This document shows, piece by piece, positions 27,451 to 39,739 of a DNA stretch of 64,000 bases; within the stretch, counting starts at the first letter, position 1; each line of letters starts with the position of its first letter. Position numbers and translations under genes: made by a program. Below the pieces are notes generated by a model. It searched no databases, was not told where the DNA came from, and worked only from the letters and a program-made list of their open reading frames with translations. Source of the stretch: Chiloscyllium plagiosum. Its lineage: Eukaryota. The stretch lies in assembly GCF_004010195.1 (NCBI RefSeq), contig NC_057719.1:50200302-50264301 (forward strand), given 5' to 3'.

Positions 27451-28260
27451 GAGACAGCTTGTGCTGCTCAGTCCATCCGCAGAGGATTTTCATTTTAAGG
27501 AAGTCAGACAGAGGAGTGACTTTAGTGGCAAAACCAGTGTAGTTTCTGCAATATCCCACTAAACGAAGGGAGGGGTAAATGGGTTATAGTCTCCATGTGC
27601 TTCTTTGTTGTCAAATTTTCCCTAGGCTATCACGGCTTCCAAATATACGACTTCTAACCTCTCAATTTAGGCTTTCTTTGAGCTAACCTTTAATCTTAGG
27701 GTGTGAGGAGAGTTATCAGTTCCTTCAATAATTCTAAATGTTCAGTTGTGTAGGAGAAGGTTATTTACATATTTTATTCAGCTGTACAGTTGGGAAAACA
27801 TTTCCAGCCCTTTACCCAATCTTTGGTGAAAGACAGAGGATGAGTTGTGAAAACCCTGGTGCAAGCAGGTTCATGTATGCTGCTGGCCCTGGAATATAAA
27901 AGTAAGTTTTTAACTGGTATTATCTGCGAAGTGGTGCATGTTAAAATCCATTGCTGATATTCAGCAATGAAAAATATTTTGCTTGTGGGATTTGTCATTG
28001 CTGTAATTGAGGTGGATTTATTGAATTCTTTATAGACAACAGTAAGTCTGCAAGGGGTGTCCAGTTTCCAAGCTGGCTAGATTAGTGAATTGTTGGTGGG
28101 TGCCACACTTCCTGTTACAGTGGAATGATGACGGCTACTCTCCCTTCAGCCTGCTTTAGAAAAGTATACAGTCTCTGCAGTTTTGGGTCCAGTACATCCA
28201 TCGGCACATTGCTGGTAATGTGACCATAGTCATGTTTATGACTAGTGAATATTTTAGTGT
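27450..28260 (-). pseudogene. Degenerate reverse transcriptase
   Basis: FTSHKHDYGHI; NNSLI*PAWKLDTPCRLTVVYKEFNK; KYFSLLNISNGF*; LHQGFHNS (27841-27858); YVNNLL (27760-27771, decayed YVDDLL); LKVSSKKA; LVGYCRNY. Confidence 0.9.
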
Positions 28261-28379
28261 GCTTCGCCAGAATTGCCTATGCTGCTGGGTCATGTCATCT
28301 CAGTGGGTTTAATCCACAACTCCCCCACAGTTCAAACTCCTTCTATATACATGCCTGTGGCAATATTTGAACATTTGTC

Positions 28380-28750
28380 AAATGTAGCAGCTTACTGTAT
28401 CAAACAACAAATTATACCTCTGCAGAAGGTCTGAGCCCAGAAGGTGTTCTGTCTCTGGGTGGAGATGTACTACCAGTGCTGGGTGGTGACATTTCCAAAC
28501 TTTAGTTATAAAGGAGCTGTCTATATGACACCCTATTAATAATATAGTTTCTATAGCAGCGTGACCAGAACTGTACACAGTACTCCAAATGTGGCACCAT
28601 GTCCTGTACAGCTGTAATGATGTTGGAACTATACAATGTCCAATGCTCTTGCCAGGTTCAATCTTCCTATGGGTGCGGCCTGTATTATCTGAATTATGAG
28701 ATGTGTTGAGTAGTTCTGGATTCCCCTGGTGTCCCATGAGAAAGATCAAC
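28380..28750 (-). pseudogene. Degenerate retropepsin (aspartic protease), split by a small CR1 fragment (~28545-28665)
   Basis: FL/WDT/GESRTT (frameshifted DTG motif, ~28710-28745) and C-terminal HLLGSDLLQRYNLLFD in ORF 28378-28749. Confidence 0.75.
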
Positions 28751-28899
28751 AGGGTAGCCTCCTAAACGTAAAGATCACTCGACACTATCCTATTGAGTGT
28801 CATTAGCGGAAAGGCCTCACTACAGGAGTAGATAACTCCCCTATTTCTGTCACTTCCTTCACTTTGCTATGCAGGTTTGGAAGCTACATTTCTTAGATT

Positions 28900-30356
28900 C
28901 TCTTAATTTATCTTTATCTTATCTCCCTTGATCTGTTTAGGGTGTCCTAACTCCTTGATCTCTCTCTCCCAGAAATATGACCTGGTCCTATAACCAAGGC
29001 ATGGTATGGTCGTCATTGGCTGGGTCAGAGTGCTGACAGGCATTCCTTGCTTTGCAAAGTAAGGGTTTGGGTCTAGTTGGCCCTTTGCAATGCTGTTAAT
29101 GTGTCACTCTCCATGTCACCAGTGACTTGAGAACATTGTCTACAAGTGCCCAGCAAATGCAGTTGAGTGCTCTGCCTGCATTTATTCAATCCTTCCATGA
29201 TGTCACCTCTACTGTAATTACTGCTAACAATTGGCTCCTTCATATCTGCCAAAAAGTGTCTAGTCACCTACATGCTGGGGACTGGATAAAGTGGAATGGA
29301 CAGTTGGACTAAGACACTGTAAAAGTAATTTCACCTCTTTGGTGTCATCACTTTATGTGATGAATGTGATCAAATAACTTATTGGGGTCTGTGAATGGCT
29401 TGAATATAAAGGATTTTCTTAGCAATCTCCAAAAGTTGTCATGGAGAATGGGGTGGTATGTGTGATGGAGCTGTTGTTCAGACAATTCCTATAGCTGCTG
29501 ATTAGATGGGTCATCGAGGCAGGAAAAGGAACAGAAAGGAGGAGACTGGGATTCAGGTTGCCTTGGGCAGGTGGTTTAGCTGGACAGGAGGCAGCATGGG
29601 AATGGGAGGGGGTTAACGGAGGTGCAATGGGTAGGTGTCTCGGGGGTTAAAAGTTGTTGCAACAAAAGGAAGGTGGCAGTCCCAATTCACTATTCAGGGC
29701 AGTTTACCCTATTCACTTCCTCTACAGCCGCTCAGTCTACACTGTGCAAACACCCCAAGACTCCCACAGTGCAGAAGGTACACCACATCCTTCTGTACTG
29801 ACAGAATTTGAATCTGTTGATCGCTTCTGGAATTGAGTGTGGTCAGAGGAGGATTTATTTCTTTACTTACTTGGTGCACGGACCCTGATCGTCACTTACA
29901 CATATTGCACCATTCTGTAAACTCAGGAGAACTTCTCAGGGTAGCATTGCAATCCCTGATCAAATGCTGGTCCTGCTGATGGAGCTTCTCAAACAGGGTG
30001 AAAGTGCCCATTGAGCAATAGGTTCACTTGGCTGCAGTGCTTCTGCTCCAAGAGTTTTTAAAATTCTTTTAATTCTAACTTAATGCTCTCCAACTCCTCT
30101 AATGTGAGAATCTCTTGCTCCTCAACTTCTTCCCAATTTGTCAAGTGGCACTATTTCTTCTCACTCTCTGTATACTTTAAATTTACTGCAGGGTTGTTCC
30201 ATACAATTAGCTACTTTAGAATCATGCTTGTTTAAACAACGATGCTTTTCCTCCTAGTGATTCTGGCCCACAAACCCAAGATTGGTTTAATCATTATTTT
30301 ATCTACTTGGGCCATTTAAATGTTTTAGTAGTTTCCTACCAATTCATACTGGCCAT
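28900..30356 (-). pseudogene. Degenerate gag-like region
   Basis: Located between PBS and protease; coiled-coil-like E/K/L-rich start, proline-rich linker (~29520-29660), capsid-like remnant EVKLLLQCLSPTVHSTLSSPQ...LADMKEPI...RGDIMEGLNKCRQ...AFAGHL. Confidence 0.6.
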
Positions 30357-30506
30357 AGCATATACTTTATCTTCCCCTCTAGGGCTTGTCTCTCAAAGTA
30401 TGGTTTGTGTATCTCAAAGTAAGTAACGGATTCTCAATTTCTGGTCAGTCACCTTTCCTTTTTGGTGGGATCTGATTTACCAGAGTACCCTTTTGCATAC
30501 TTACCT

Positions 30507-30523
30507 GACCACCAGGGATGCTA
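30507..30523 (-). promoter_or_regulatory. Primer-binding site, tRNA-Asn type
   Basis: - strand tagcatccctgg-tggtc versus complement of the vertebrate tRNA-Asn 3' end TGGCGTCCCTGGGTGGGC; lies just inside the LTR-terminal CA. Confidence 0.75.
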
Positions 30524-30769
30524 ACGTGAAAAAGTATGTAAATGTACCCTGGCTACCTTGAACGAATTATAATGCATGATTAAAAAGGGTTATATTATAT
30601 GCTGAGATAAACAAAGGGGACACTAACAGCTTTATTGAACATTTTAAATCAAGAAAATATTTCAAACTCTACTATTGCAATTTAAACTCCAATCTCTTCA
30701 CAGGACTCGTCAGTAAACAGTCTTAAATTTGAAAACAGTCAAATCTACACTTAACTTCTGACAATGTTC

Positions 30770-30862
30770 TTCCTGAAGAAGGGCCTGTGCCCGAAACGTC
30801 GAATCTCCTGTTCCCTGGATGCTGCCTGACCTGCTGTGCTGTTCCAGCAATAAAGTTTCAAC
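30770..30862 (+). mobile_element. Young hammerhead mini-element with 13-bp TSD
   Basis: ttc-CTGAAGA-a-GGGC-ctgt-GCCC-GAAAC-GTC-gaa; direct repeat acaatgttcttcc at 30761-30773 and 30861-30873. Confidence 0.88.
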
Positions 30863-31005
30863 AATGTTCTTCCAAGAACTGGCTACACCTTATCCACAGC
30901 TGCCTAACAACGTATTTGAACTGTCTGTCTGAAAGAACTGGTAATATCCATTCAATAAGGCTGAACCTCAGTCCTTGAGGGCTAGCTGATGTTTCAGAAT
31001 CTGCA

Positions 31006-31098
31006 GTTGAAACTTTATTGCTGGAACAGCACAGCAGGTCAGGCAGCATCCAGGGAACAGGAGATTCGACGTTTCGGGCACAGGCCCTTCTTCAGGAA
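31006..31098 (-). mobile_element. Young hammerhead mini-element with 11-bp TSD; identical to the 30770 copy, inverted
   Basis: Reverse complement identical by eye to 30770-30862; direct repeat gaatctgcagt at 30997-31007 and 31096-31106. Confidence 0.88.
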
Positions 31099-32279
31099 TC
31101 TGCAGTCAATTTAGGCTTCCCCTCTTCGAGGACTGGTTTTGGTTTCCAGGTTGTCTCACCAAGGTAGTCTTCTGGGTCTGGTCAGTCTGATGTGCCTCAT
31201 GGCAACTATGCAGCTTGGTGCCAGTTAAAAAGGTGCTCTCTGCAGATGCAATTGCAGGTGCAAAAAGCAGAGTGCGCTGGGGCTCCCAGTTGCCCCTTTT
31301 ATTGCTATCTTTGCTCCCTTACAAGACTATGTTGCTTGTATCCAATACTAGCATTGGGCAGATGCAGAATGATCCAATGAGGTGACTGCTTTCCATATTT
31401 GGAGAACATGGTTTTGAACCGTCAACTGTCAAGTGCTATCCTTATCTCATTATGTCTTTGCCCGTCTGAACTGGGTAACACCAAGTCTACCTGGCATCCT
31501 TTTGAAGAAAGTAGGTTTGCTGGAGATGTAAACAACAGGCCGTTCTGAAACAAACATGGCCATTAGCACCTGCCTGGGCCATTTCAGGAGAAAGTTGATC
31601 ATTCAAGGCCTAGCTGCATGAATACTGTATGTTCGAATTCTGCACATGGCAAATTGCAGAATCTGGCTAGGTTGAAACTAGGCTTCCACATTGAATATTT
31701 TCTGAGCATGGAGAAAAACATCAATACTTCTGTAACAATTCCAGAGACTAGGTCATCTGACCACAAGCTCAGTTTAAAAGAAAACATTTACCCTGTTTCT
31801 GAAGTCATGAAAATAACTGAATATGACAAATTATCTTTAATCAGTGGTAATAGAAAACTGGAATGGTTAATGTGATTTATTCGCTTAAGCACCCCCTGCA
31901 CAAACACACACAGACATTAAGGGTGGTGTGGGAGTGAGGAATCATGAAAAATGGGTAAAAACAAAAAATCAGGCATCATTCTGGACCACAGGATTTGATT
32001 TTATTTTCCCAGAAGTTTTCAATTTTCTGTAGTACTTTGGTATGGCAATAATGCTTTTGTGTAAAAAGCAATGCTGTGAATGCTAAGAATTCAACCCTTC
32101 ATTTTCACAGGTGTTTATTCCTCTTCAATAGGAAATTTGCAGAAAAAAAAATGTAAGAGATTATTGTAGACTTTCTAGTACCTTCACACACAATTATGGA
32201 AAGATTTCCAGAGGGTCCCTTTGCAGGCTAGTTGGTCCTCCTGTGCATGGGCCACAAACAAAGACAAAGGCACATATAC

Positions 32280-32780
32280 GGTACCTCAGTGATCGACACT
32301 GCTGCCTCACAGCACCAAGAACCTGGGTTTGATTCCAGGCTTGGGTAACTGCGCTGAGTGCGCACATTCTCAGTGTCTGTGTAGGTTTCCACTGGGTGCT
32401 CCAATTTCCTCCCACAGTCCAAAGATGTATACATTAGGTGGATTGGCCAGGGTAAACGCATGGTTACTAGGAAAAAGTGAGGACTGCAGATGGAGAACAG
32501 AGTAGAGAGTGCAGTGCTGGAAAAAGCACAAGTCAGACAGCATCGACATTCCGGGCATAAGCCTTTCATCAGGAATTACTGAAGGGCTTATGCCCGAAAC
32601 ATTGGTTCACCTGCTCCTCGGATGCTGCCTAACCTGCTGTGCTTTTCCAGCACCACACTCTCGACACTAAATGCATGGTTACGGGAAGAGTGTGGGCATC
32701 TAGACCTGGGAGGAATGTTCTTTGGACAGTTAATGTAGACTTGGGCTGAAAAGCCTATTTCTACACTAAGGGGACTCTAT
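32280..32780 (+). mobile_element. Older V-SINE interrupted by a fold-back hammerhead mini-element (32468-32668)
   Basis: SINE head and V-domain 32280-32460, tail 32680-32780; insert with inverted arms flanked by aaaygcatggttac duplication (32454-32467, 32669-32682). Confidence 0.8.
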
Positions 32781-33489
32781 GAATGTGTGAACACCATGTT
32801 CACGTGGTCAGGAGCCTATCAGAACTTTATTGGCAAGCAGAACTCACTGGTTCTATGATTTCTACTTCAGATCTTACTCTTTCAGGAACAAGCAACGAGA
32901 GCACAATGTGGTCCAGTGAACAGGATGTTTGAAAATTGCCACCATCTCTTAGAACTGCTTTAAATCAAGGAGGCTGTACAATTTTGAATCCATAAAAACA
33001 AATAGTGTTTACAGCAGAACCTTAGAAGTCTAATTGTGCAAAAGTTACTACACAAGACTTCTGGAGTTGGGATAATATATTGCAATGGATAGAGAATTGA
33101 TTAACATAGTCAGAGATGTAAAGCACGAAAACAGACCCTTCAGTCCAACTCATCCATGCCAACAGATATCCCAACCAAATCTAGTCCCATCTGTCAGCAC
33201 CTGGCCCATATGCCTCCAAACCCTTCCTATTCATATATCTATTCAGATTCCTTTTAAATGTTGCAATTGTACTCGCCTCCACCACTTCCTCTGGCAGCCC
33301 AGTCTATTTATTCCAAGTTTGCAGGCACTAATTGGTGCAGTATCCCAAGATCACTACTATATACAATTTACATTGATGCCTGCACTTCAATACTCTGTTT
33401 CTTTGTCTAAGTTTGTCAATGGTATCAAGCAAGATTGGATTGCAAATGGTGAGGAGGGCTGCGAAGACCCTGCATTCTTTTCACTAAAC

Positions 33490-34810
33490 TAGTAATGCAA
33501 AGACCCAGGTAAATCTGAGTACCTTGGTTTGAAATCCACCACAGATGTCCATTCTTAACTGGGAAGAAAACTGCTATCCTTATCTGGTCTTGCCTATATG
33601 ATTTCAGATCTAGAGCAATACAGAACTGAAACTGGATGGACTACAGTATCAACTAAAGCACTAGAAACAACGGCCTGACGGTCATACTTTTAATCGCACC
33701 TTACACATTACATCCCAGACACCAACACCAGAGGTGGTGTCACTGAGGTACTTTAGTCCAGGGAGTAGCCCTTAACATTGGCTTCAGATCCCATGAAGTC
33801 TCACAGCATCTAGTTAAACATGAACAAGGAAACCTCCTGATGACAATGCATTTTCTTATCTCCTGATGGACAGATAATGTGGAGCAACATTGTGCTCTTG
33901 TCACCTTTCATGCTACCTCAATGTTCTCCGGTGTGTGGGATTTCAATGTCCATTGCTAAGACGGGCTTAGTACCTGTACTGACCAAGCACAAAAGGGCAT
34001 AGATATTAGGTTGAATCTGCAGCAGGTAGTGATGGAACCAAGAAGCAGGAAAAATGTAATTGACTACATGTTCAATGAACTGCCTTACATAAATGCAACC
34101 GTCCAAGACAGAATGGCTAAGAGTCACTATCTCCACAAGGATCAGAAAGTCAGGGAACACTCCATGTTTTTTTGATACTAACATCACGTGAAATTCAAAC
34201 AGATTAGGCAACTCATGACTGGGCATTCATGGGGCCTATCACCAGCAACAAAAAACACCAAACTGTAACCTCATGGCATTGTATCCCACTCTATCAAGCC
34301 AGGGGATCGACCCTAATTCAATGAACAGTGCAAGAAAGCATGCCAGAAGACCAGACATACCTTAAAAAAAAGGGTTGTCAGCGTGCTGTCATGCCACAGT
34401 GGTAATATACTGATCTTTGACCTAGGAAATCTGGGTTCAATGTCCAACCTGCTATTAAGATGTGTAGTAATACCTCTGAGCAGGTGAAGCCATAAAGAGG
34501 CCACTACTTATATGCCAGATAGCAGAAACAAGCAATTCTGCAACCATTGGATCAGATCCAACCTTTGCGGTTACATCACATCAATTAGAGATTGGTGGTG
34601 GTTAATTCATTCCAACGATAAATCAAGAAACAGCAGAAACTACTAAAAACTATGGACCCAACAGCTATGGGTCCCAACAACATTTAGGAATAGTTCAAGA
34701 CTTGCTCCAGAATTTACCACATCCCGGCCAAGCTCTTCCCAGTACAGCTACAACACTGGCATCTACACAGCAATGTGAAATATTGCCCAGCTAGGTCTGA
34801 TGCACATAAA
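33490..34810 (+). mobile_element. Old non-LTR retrotransposon remnant (L2/CR1-group); a related - strand remnant lies at ~13600-15050
   Basis: ggcatctacacagcaatgtgaaatattgcccag = GIYTAM*NIAQ (the 'G.YP..WK.A.V.P' pre-RT motif); heavily decayed. Confidence 0.6.
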
Positions 34811-34819
34811 TAATGTGCA

Positions 34820-35420
34820 TGTGCTGGTGTTGGACTGCAGTGGACAAAGGCAGAAATCACATAGCACCAGGTTATAGTCCAACAGTTTTATTTGAAATCA
34901 CAAGCTTTGAGTGTAGCCCATGAGACGAAGAAGGGAGAGAAAAGTAGAATTTATGGGCTGAAAGATCGAAAAGAAAATCATACAAATGGTGTGATTGGAG
35001 TGTCAAACAAGTCTCTGCAGGTTTGCAAGAATATTAGACAGTGTGAGTGAAGTGTCAATAGCTGAAAACAACCAAAGGATGACCAATAATCTGATTAAAT
35101 GAGGCAGAGTTAATTACAAAAATTTAAAACGGTGGTGCTGAAGACAAACCAAATAGCTGGAATAACACAGAACAAACAGCAGTTGCTGGAAAAGCCCAGC
35201 AGGTCTGGCAGCATTTGTGAAGAAAAGCTAGAGGAAGGGTCACTGGACCCAAAATGTTAATTGATTTTTCTTCAGATGCTACCAGACCCACTGAGCACTC
35301 CCCCCACCCCCCCAAGCCCTTGCTCCTGATTTACGCCTGCCATTCTTTTGGTTTTTATTTGACAGGAGTAACATGATCGGTATTAGAGTGGCACGTCAAG
35401 GGTCTGACCAAAGTAATACG
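34820..35420 (-). mobile_element. Penelope-like terminal fragment of a second family with a nested fold-back insert (~35170-35360)
   Basis: ggtgttggactgcagtggacaaaggcagaaatcacatagcaccaggttatagtccaac; nested gctggaaaagcccagcaggtctggcagcat...gaagggtcactggacccaaaatg...gatgctaccagaccc. Confidence 0.55.
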
Positions 35421-36289
35421 TAATACAGGATTCACTTGTCAAACTGAGCTTACAAACAATATAGTTCAGTCCACAACAGTATCAAGGGAAACAACAGAAT
35501 TATCGGTGATTGTCTTCCAAATGCTTAAATGAAGAGGCTCACATTACTCCGATCGAGCACTGGAAACACATTCTAATACAGAAGCCAAACTGAACTAGTG
35601 TTTTGAATTTTTACTCTAATTGTTATAGTTATTTTAAAATTAACTCAACGCAGATTTGGGAGAAATCTTGAGACAGATTCTAATGTTAACAATAATTTCT
35701 GAAGTTTTATTTTCACATAATTAAAAACACTAATTGATACAATCATAAAACCTGTTCCTCTAATCGAGGCATTATCTGTAACCATGGTTAGCTATACCAT
35801 TTTGAACAGGTTTGTGAAGAATGATGCCAAATTAATTCGACATAGATTTACCTTTTATTGCCATATAAACAGAAGACCTACATTTCTTGACTTCATTTTA
35901 AGGTTTTTAAAAAAACATTATTGCAATCCAAGATTGGGAGCAAATGGGATATTAAAAACTACAAATTGCAGATCTAGGGTAATACATCATCTTTGGACGG
36001 TTGTCTTAAAAATCCAATTAAATGCTCTACTAAGGTTTTGGTTTCTCTGACAGAGCTTTCATAATACTGTATGAAGTGCAGGACAGTTCTTCCTTGCATC
36101 CTTGTCAGAGTGTATCCTTCAACCAACAGATGATTGGTGTATTCGTTGCACCAATGTCACTGTTCTCATTAGAAGCCCCAATAATATTAGTTGGGGAACT
36201 GGAGGGTCACCACATCGCAGGTGAGGGGAGAGGTCAAGAAGGAGAATCCTTATGCGAGCCTCAACCAGTGGTTGCTTTTCGGAATGGAA

Positions 36290-37165
36290 GCTGTCCCAAA
36301 AAGATCAGTGCTGGATCCACTGCTGTTCATCATTTAGAAAACATGATTTGGATGAGAATACAGGAGGTATGGTTAGTAAGTTTGCAGATGACATCAACAT
36401 AGGTAGTGCAATGGAGAGTGAGGGTAATTTCAGAGTAGAATAGGACCTTGATCAGATGGGTCAGTGGACCAAGGATTGGCAAATAGAGTTCAATTTACAT
36501 GAATGGGAGGTGCTGTGTTTTGTTAAGGCAAACAGTAGGGCCCTGAGGGATGTTGCAGAACAGAGACAGAGGGTGCAGGTGCACACCTCCTACAAAGTAG
36601 AGGTACAGGTAGATAGGGTGACAAAGGCAGTGTTTGGCACACCCTCATTAGTCAGTGCATTGAGTATAGGAGTTGGGATGTCATGTTGTAGCTGTGCAGG
36701 ACATTGACAAGGCCACTTTTGGAATATTGCTTACAATTCTACAGGAAAGATGTTGTTAAACTTGACAGGATTCAGAAAAGATTTACAAGGATGCTGCTGG
36801 GATTAGAGAAGTTCAATTATAGGAAGAGGTAGAACAGGCTGGGGCTTTTTTCCCCTGGAACAGAGACTGAGGAGTGACCTTAGAGGTTTAAAAAATCATG
36901 AGGGACATAGACAAGGTGAGGGAGTTCAAAACCAGGGGCTTACTTTTAAAGAGAGGAGAAAGATTCAAAACAGACCTGAGGAGCAATTTTTTCACATGGT
37001 GGTTTGTATGTGGATGAACTGCCACAGCAGTGGATGCAGGTACAGTTACAACATTTAAAAGATGTTTGGATAAGTACATGAATAGGAAAGGTATATGGAT
37101 CAAATGCAGGGAAATGGGACAAATTTAGTTTGGGAAGCTTGGTTGGTTTGCTGTATGACTCAAAG
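36290..37165 (+). mobile_element. CR1-type LINE 3' fragment
   Basis: MVSKFADDINIG; WQIEFNLHEWEVLCF; tail motifs. Confidence 0.88.
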
Positions 37166-37429
37166 CAAAGCAACAGTAGACAGTAGATGAAATAAGTTAG
37201 AGTTCAACTTTTCATTCCAGGATGATCCTAGTGAAGTCAGACATCTTGGCAAATAAGTAGAGCCTGATAATACCTGACAATTCAACCAAAACCAATGAAC
37301 AGCTAACCCATTGGTACATTGAAGTATGCACCCCTTGGATTTTGGAAGTGAAGAGGGAGCTCTATCAAAGAGTTTGCAAGGGGTTTAGAGGACAAAGTGA
37401 AGGCAAGAAATTGAACAAATATGTCGCTG

Positions 37430-38620
37430 CAGAAGTTAGAGACTATTTATTAGAATTCTTTGATATGGCAACAAGCAGCATAAATGGGAAGCAGTGGATG
37501 TCATATGCACACTTCCAGAAGGCATTACATGAGTTACCACATTAGGCTACTTAAAAACATAAGAGCCCATGGCTGATATATTAGCAAGAGAAGACTGGCC
37601 AATTATTAGAGGACAGAACTGGGAAAAGAAGAGCAGTTTCAGGATGGCACCTTCAGGACAACATCTTGTAATGAGTGGAGTGCCACAGGGATCAGTATAT
37701 AGGCCGCAGTCATTTACAATGTATGTTAATAACTTGGATGAAGAAAGTAATAGCCAGGTTTTAGGATGGCAAAAATAGGTGGGAAAAAAAGTGCTAAGGA
37801 TAACAAAGTCTGCCAATATATACTTCGCAGATTGAATTCAATATGAGAAGTCAAGGCTGAAGCGATATCATCACCAGTCACGTATCCAACAGGATCACAC
37901 TGTCACTTCAAATCACGCACAAAAGGCCACAGATAGCAAGTGGTATTTGGAAATGAATGAAATGCTGGAACACAATGCAGAGGTCTGACTGCTGATCCAC
38001 CAGTACAGTCCATAGGCACACCAGGAGGCAGAGAGAGTGGGACAGAAAGGAGCTTGGCAAAATGGCCCAAGCATGGTCTGGGTATTAGAATGCATTATCC
38101 TCACTCAGGAGGAATGTGATCAGAATATACCCCTGATTTTTAGTCTGGAATATACTGTTACTACGTAGTGGTATCTGTTTTGGAGCAGGAAGCTAAGGTT
38201 TCAAGGATCGATCTTTAGCTTCCAACTACTTGCAAACCGACATGCTGTGCCATGTAACATTATCCAAAAGCATAATGTGATGTGATCTAGGTGTACAGGT
38301 CCACAGTTCACTGAAAATGGCAGCATAAATGGATAAAGCGATCAAGGCAGCACATAGGATACTTGCCTTCATCAGTCAGGCAAATCATGTTGCAGTTGTA
38401 TCGGCTACATTTGGAACACTGCATACAATTCAGGTCGCCACGCTACCAGAAGGATATGGAGGTTTTGGAGAGAGTTCAGAAAAGGTTTGCAAGGATTTTG
38501 CCTTGTTTGAAAACTATAAACGGAGAGATTGGACGAACTCTGTTTTCACATCAAATTTGGAGGCCAAGGGGCAACCTGAGAGAAGTTTAAATCACAAGAG
38601 GCATGGACAGAACGGATCAT
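37430..38620 (+). mobile_element. Decayed CR1-type LINE fragments
   Basis: FQKALHELPH; VMSGVPQGSV; LEHCIQFRSPRYQKDMEVLERVQKRFAR. Confidence 0.8.
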
Positions 38621-38763
38621 TAGACATTCCCCTCCCTCCCACCACCACCACCCGAAAGCTGCAGAAGTGGGCATAAATTTGGGCGGCAACATGAGGACTT
38701 GAAAGAAAAGGCTGTAGACTGTCAGTAGTTTGCAAAGGGTCTTTACTTGGTTTAAGCAAAAGG

Positions 38764-38881
38764 CATTCCTGAAGAAGGGCCTGTGCCCGAAACGTCGAAT
38801 CTCCTGTTCCCTGGATGCTGTGCTGTTCCAGCAATAAAGTTTCAACTTTGATCTCCAGCATCTGCAGACCTCACTTTCTCC
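38764..38881 (+). mobile_element. Young hammerhead mini-element with 12-bp TSD
   Basis: attc-CTGAAGA-aGGGCctgtGCCC-GAAAC-GTC-gaat; same subfamily as 30770/31006; direct repeat ttaagcaaaagg at 38752-38763 and 38882-38893. Confidence 0.88.
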
Positions 38882-39739
38882 TTAAGCAAAAGGTGACAAC
38901 ATCTGATTTAATTTAAAAATATTAGCCAATACTTTTTAAAAAAAAAAAATTACCAGCCATTTCCTACATCCCACTGTATTTCAGTTTTGGCAGTCAAGGA
39001 GGAGATGGTCATATTTGGGGGGAACTAAGCCAAGAGAACAGAATGTGAGGCACATGGGCACAATGAGTTCAGAGGGCATGGGTAAAATAGAAAATAAACT
39101 AGAGCATGATTCAAAAGGGGTTTGCTGCAAATGCCATTCCACTTAGTGTTGAGAATGGGAGAAAGTAGCACACGCATTTACATCCCCCATAAATACAAAA
39201 ACTAAATTAGAAGACTTTTTACAGAGAAAAACAAAAAAAGCAACATAGCCATAAAACGATGAGCAAATGCATAAGCAACTCACCAGTTAATGACAGCTAA
39301 ATGGCAGAAATGGCAGTGTTACAACTCACTGTGGGAGTGCACTGGAAATCAAGACCCCATTATTCCTAGAATGGTCACAAATGCGAAAAGATTGTTAAAT
39401 TAATCACAATCCCCAAATTTACAACTGATGAACGGAAGTTAAAAGAAAAACTCACTGAATTAGTTAAAGTAAGTAACTGTTTACGATGAAGAAATCTTGA
39501 ATGGCAATTAGGAAATATGAATTGCCAACCTCTAACTCCAGCTCAAACTAATCCTTTTAAAATTCCTCCTTTCAAACACACATGGATATGATAGATAGGA
39601 AAAGAGAGAAAAAAAAACCTATCAGGACAATTTGACAGCACCAATGTGAATTACAGGATTTGATATTTTGTTCTTTCTCTTCCTTTCAATTTTTACTTCT
39701 ACATTGACACAAGGTTGTTTATGCACTGATGCTCTACTG

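Larger units (their letters stand above)
24335..31601 (-). mobile_element. Decayed endogenous retrovirus-like LTR element (5'LTR-PBS-gag-PR-RT-RH-RH-IN-?env), 3' end lost
   Basis: Ordered - strand domain remnants read by hand (see sub-features); many stops and frameshifts; nested SINE, CR1 and Penelope inserts. Confidence 0.9.
30527..31601 (-). repeat. Putative 5' LTR of the retroelement (upstream boundary uncertain)
   Basis: - strand ends ...tactttttCA 3 nt before the PBS; AATAAA at 30631-30636; TATA-like aataaaagggg near 31293-31303; candidate TGA start at 31601. Confidence 0.6.

Noticed and set aside
25100..30523. Apparent APOBEC-like G-to-A hypermutation of the retroelement (YVDD to YVNN, several TGG to TAG/TGA/TAA, AEL to AKL, PBS tggcg to tagca)
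   Set aside because: C-to-T changes on the same strand look comparably common (Q to stop, P to L/S), consistent with ordinary age-related decay; a consensus-based strand-bias count would be needed
30497..30530. U1 snRNA gene or pseudogene (atacttacctg on + strand)
   Set aside because: Only the first 11 nt match U1; better explained as a - strand splice donor next to the PBS
30770..38881. CRISPR-like or bacterial-type repeats
   Set aside because: Copies are dispersed with TSDs in a spliced vertebrate locus; no regular repeat-spacer array and no cas genes
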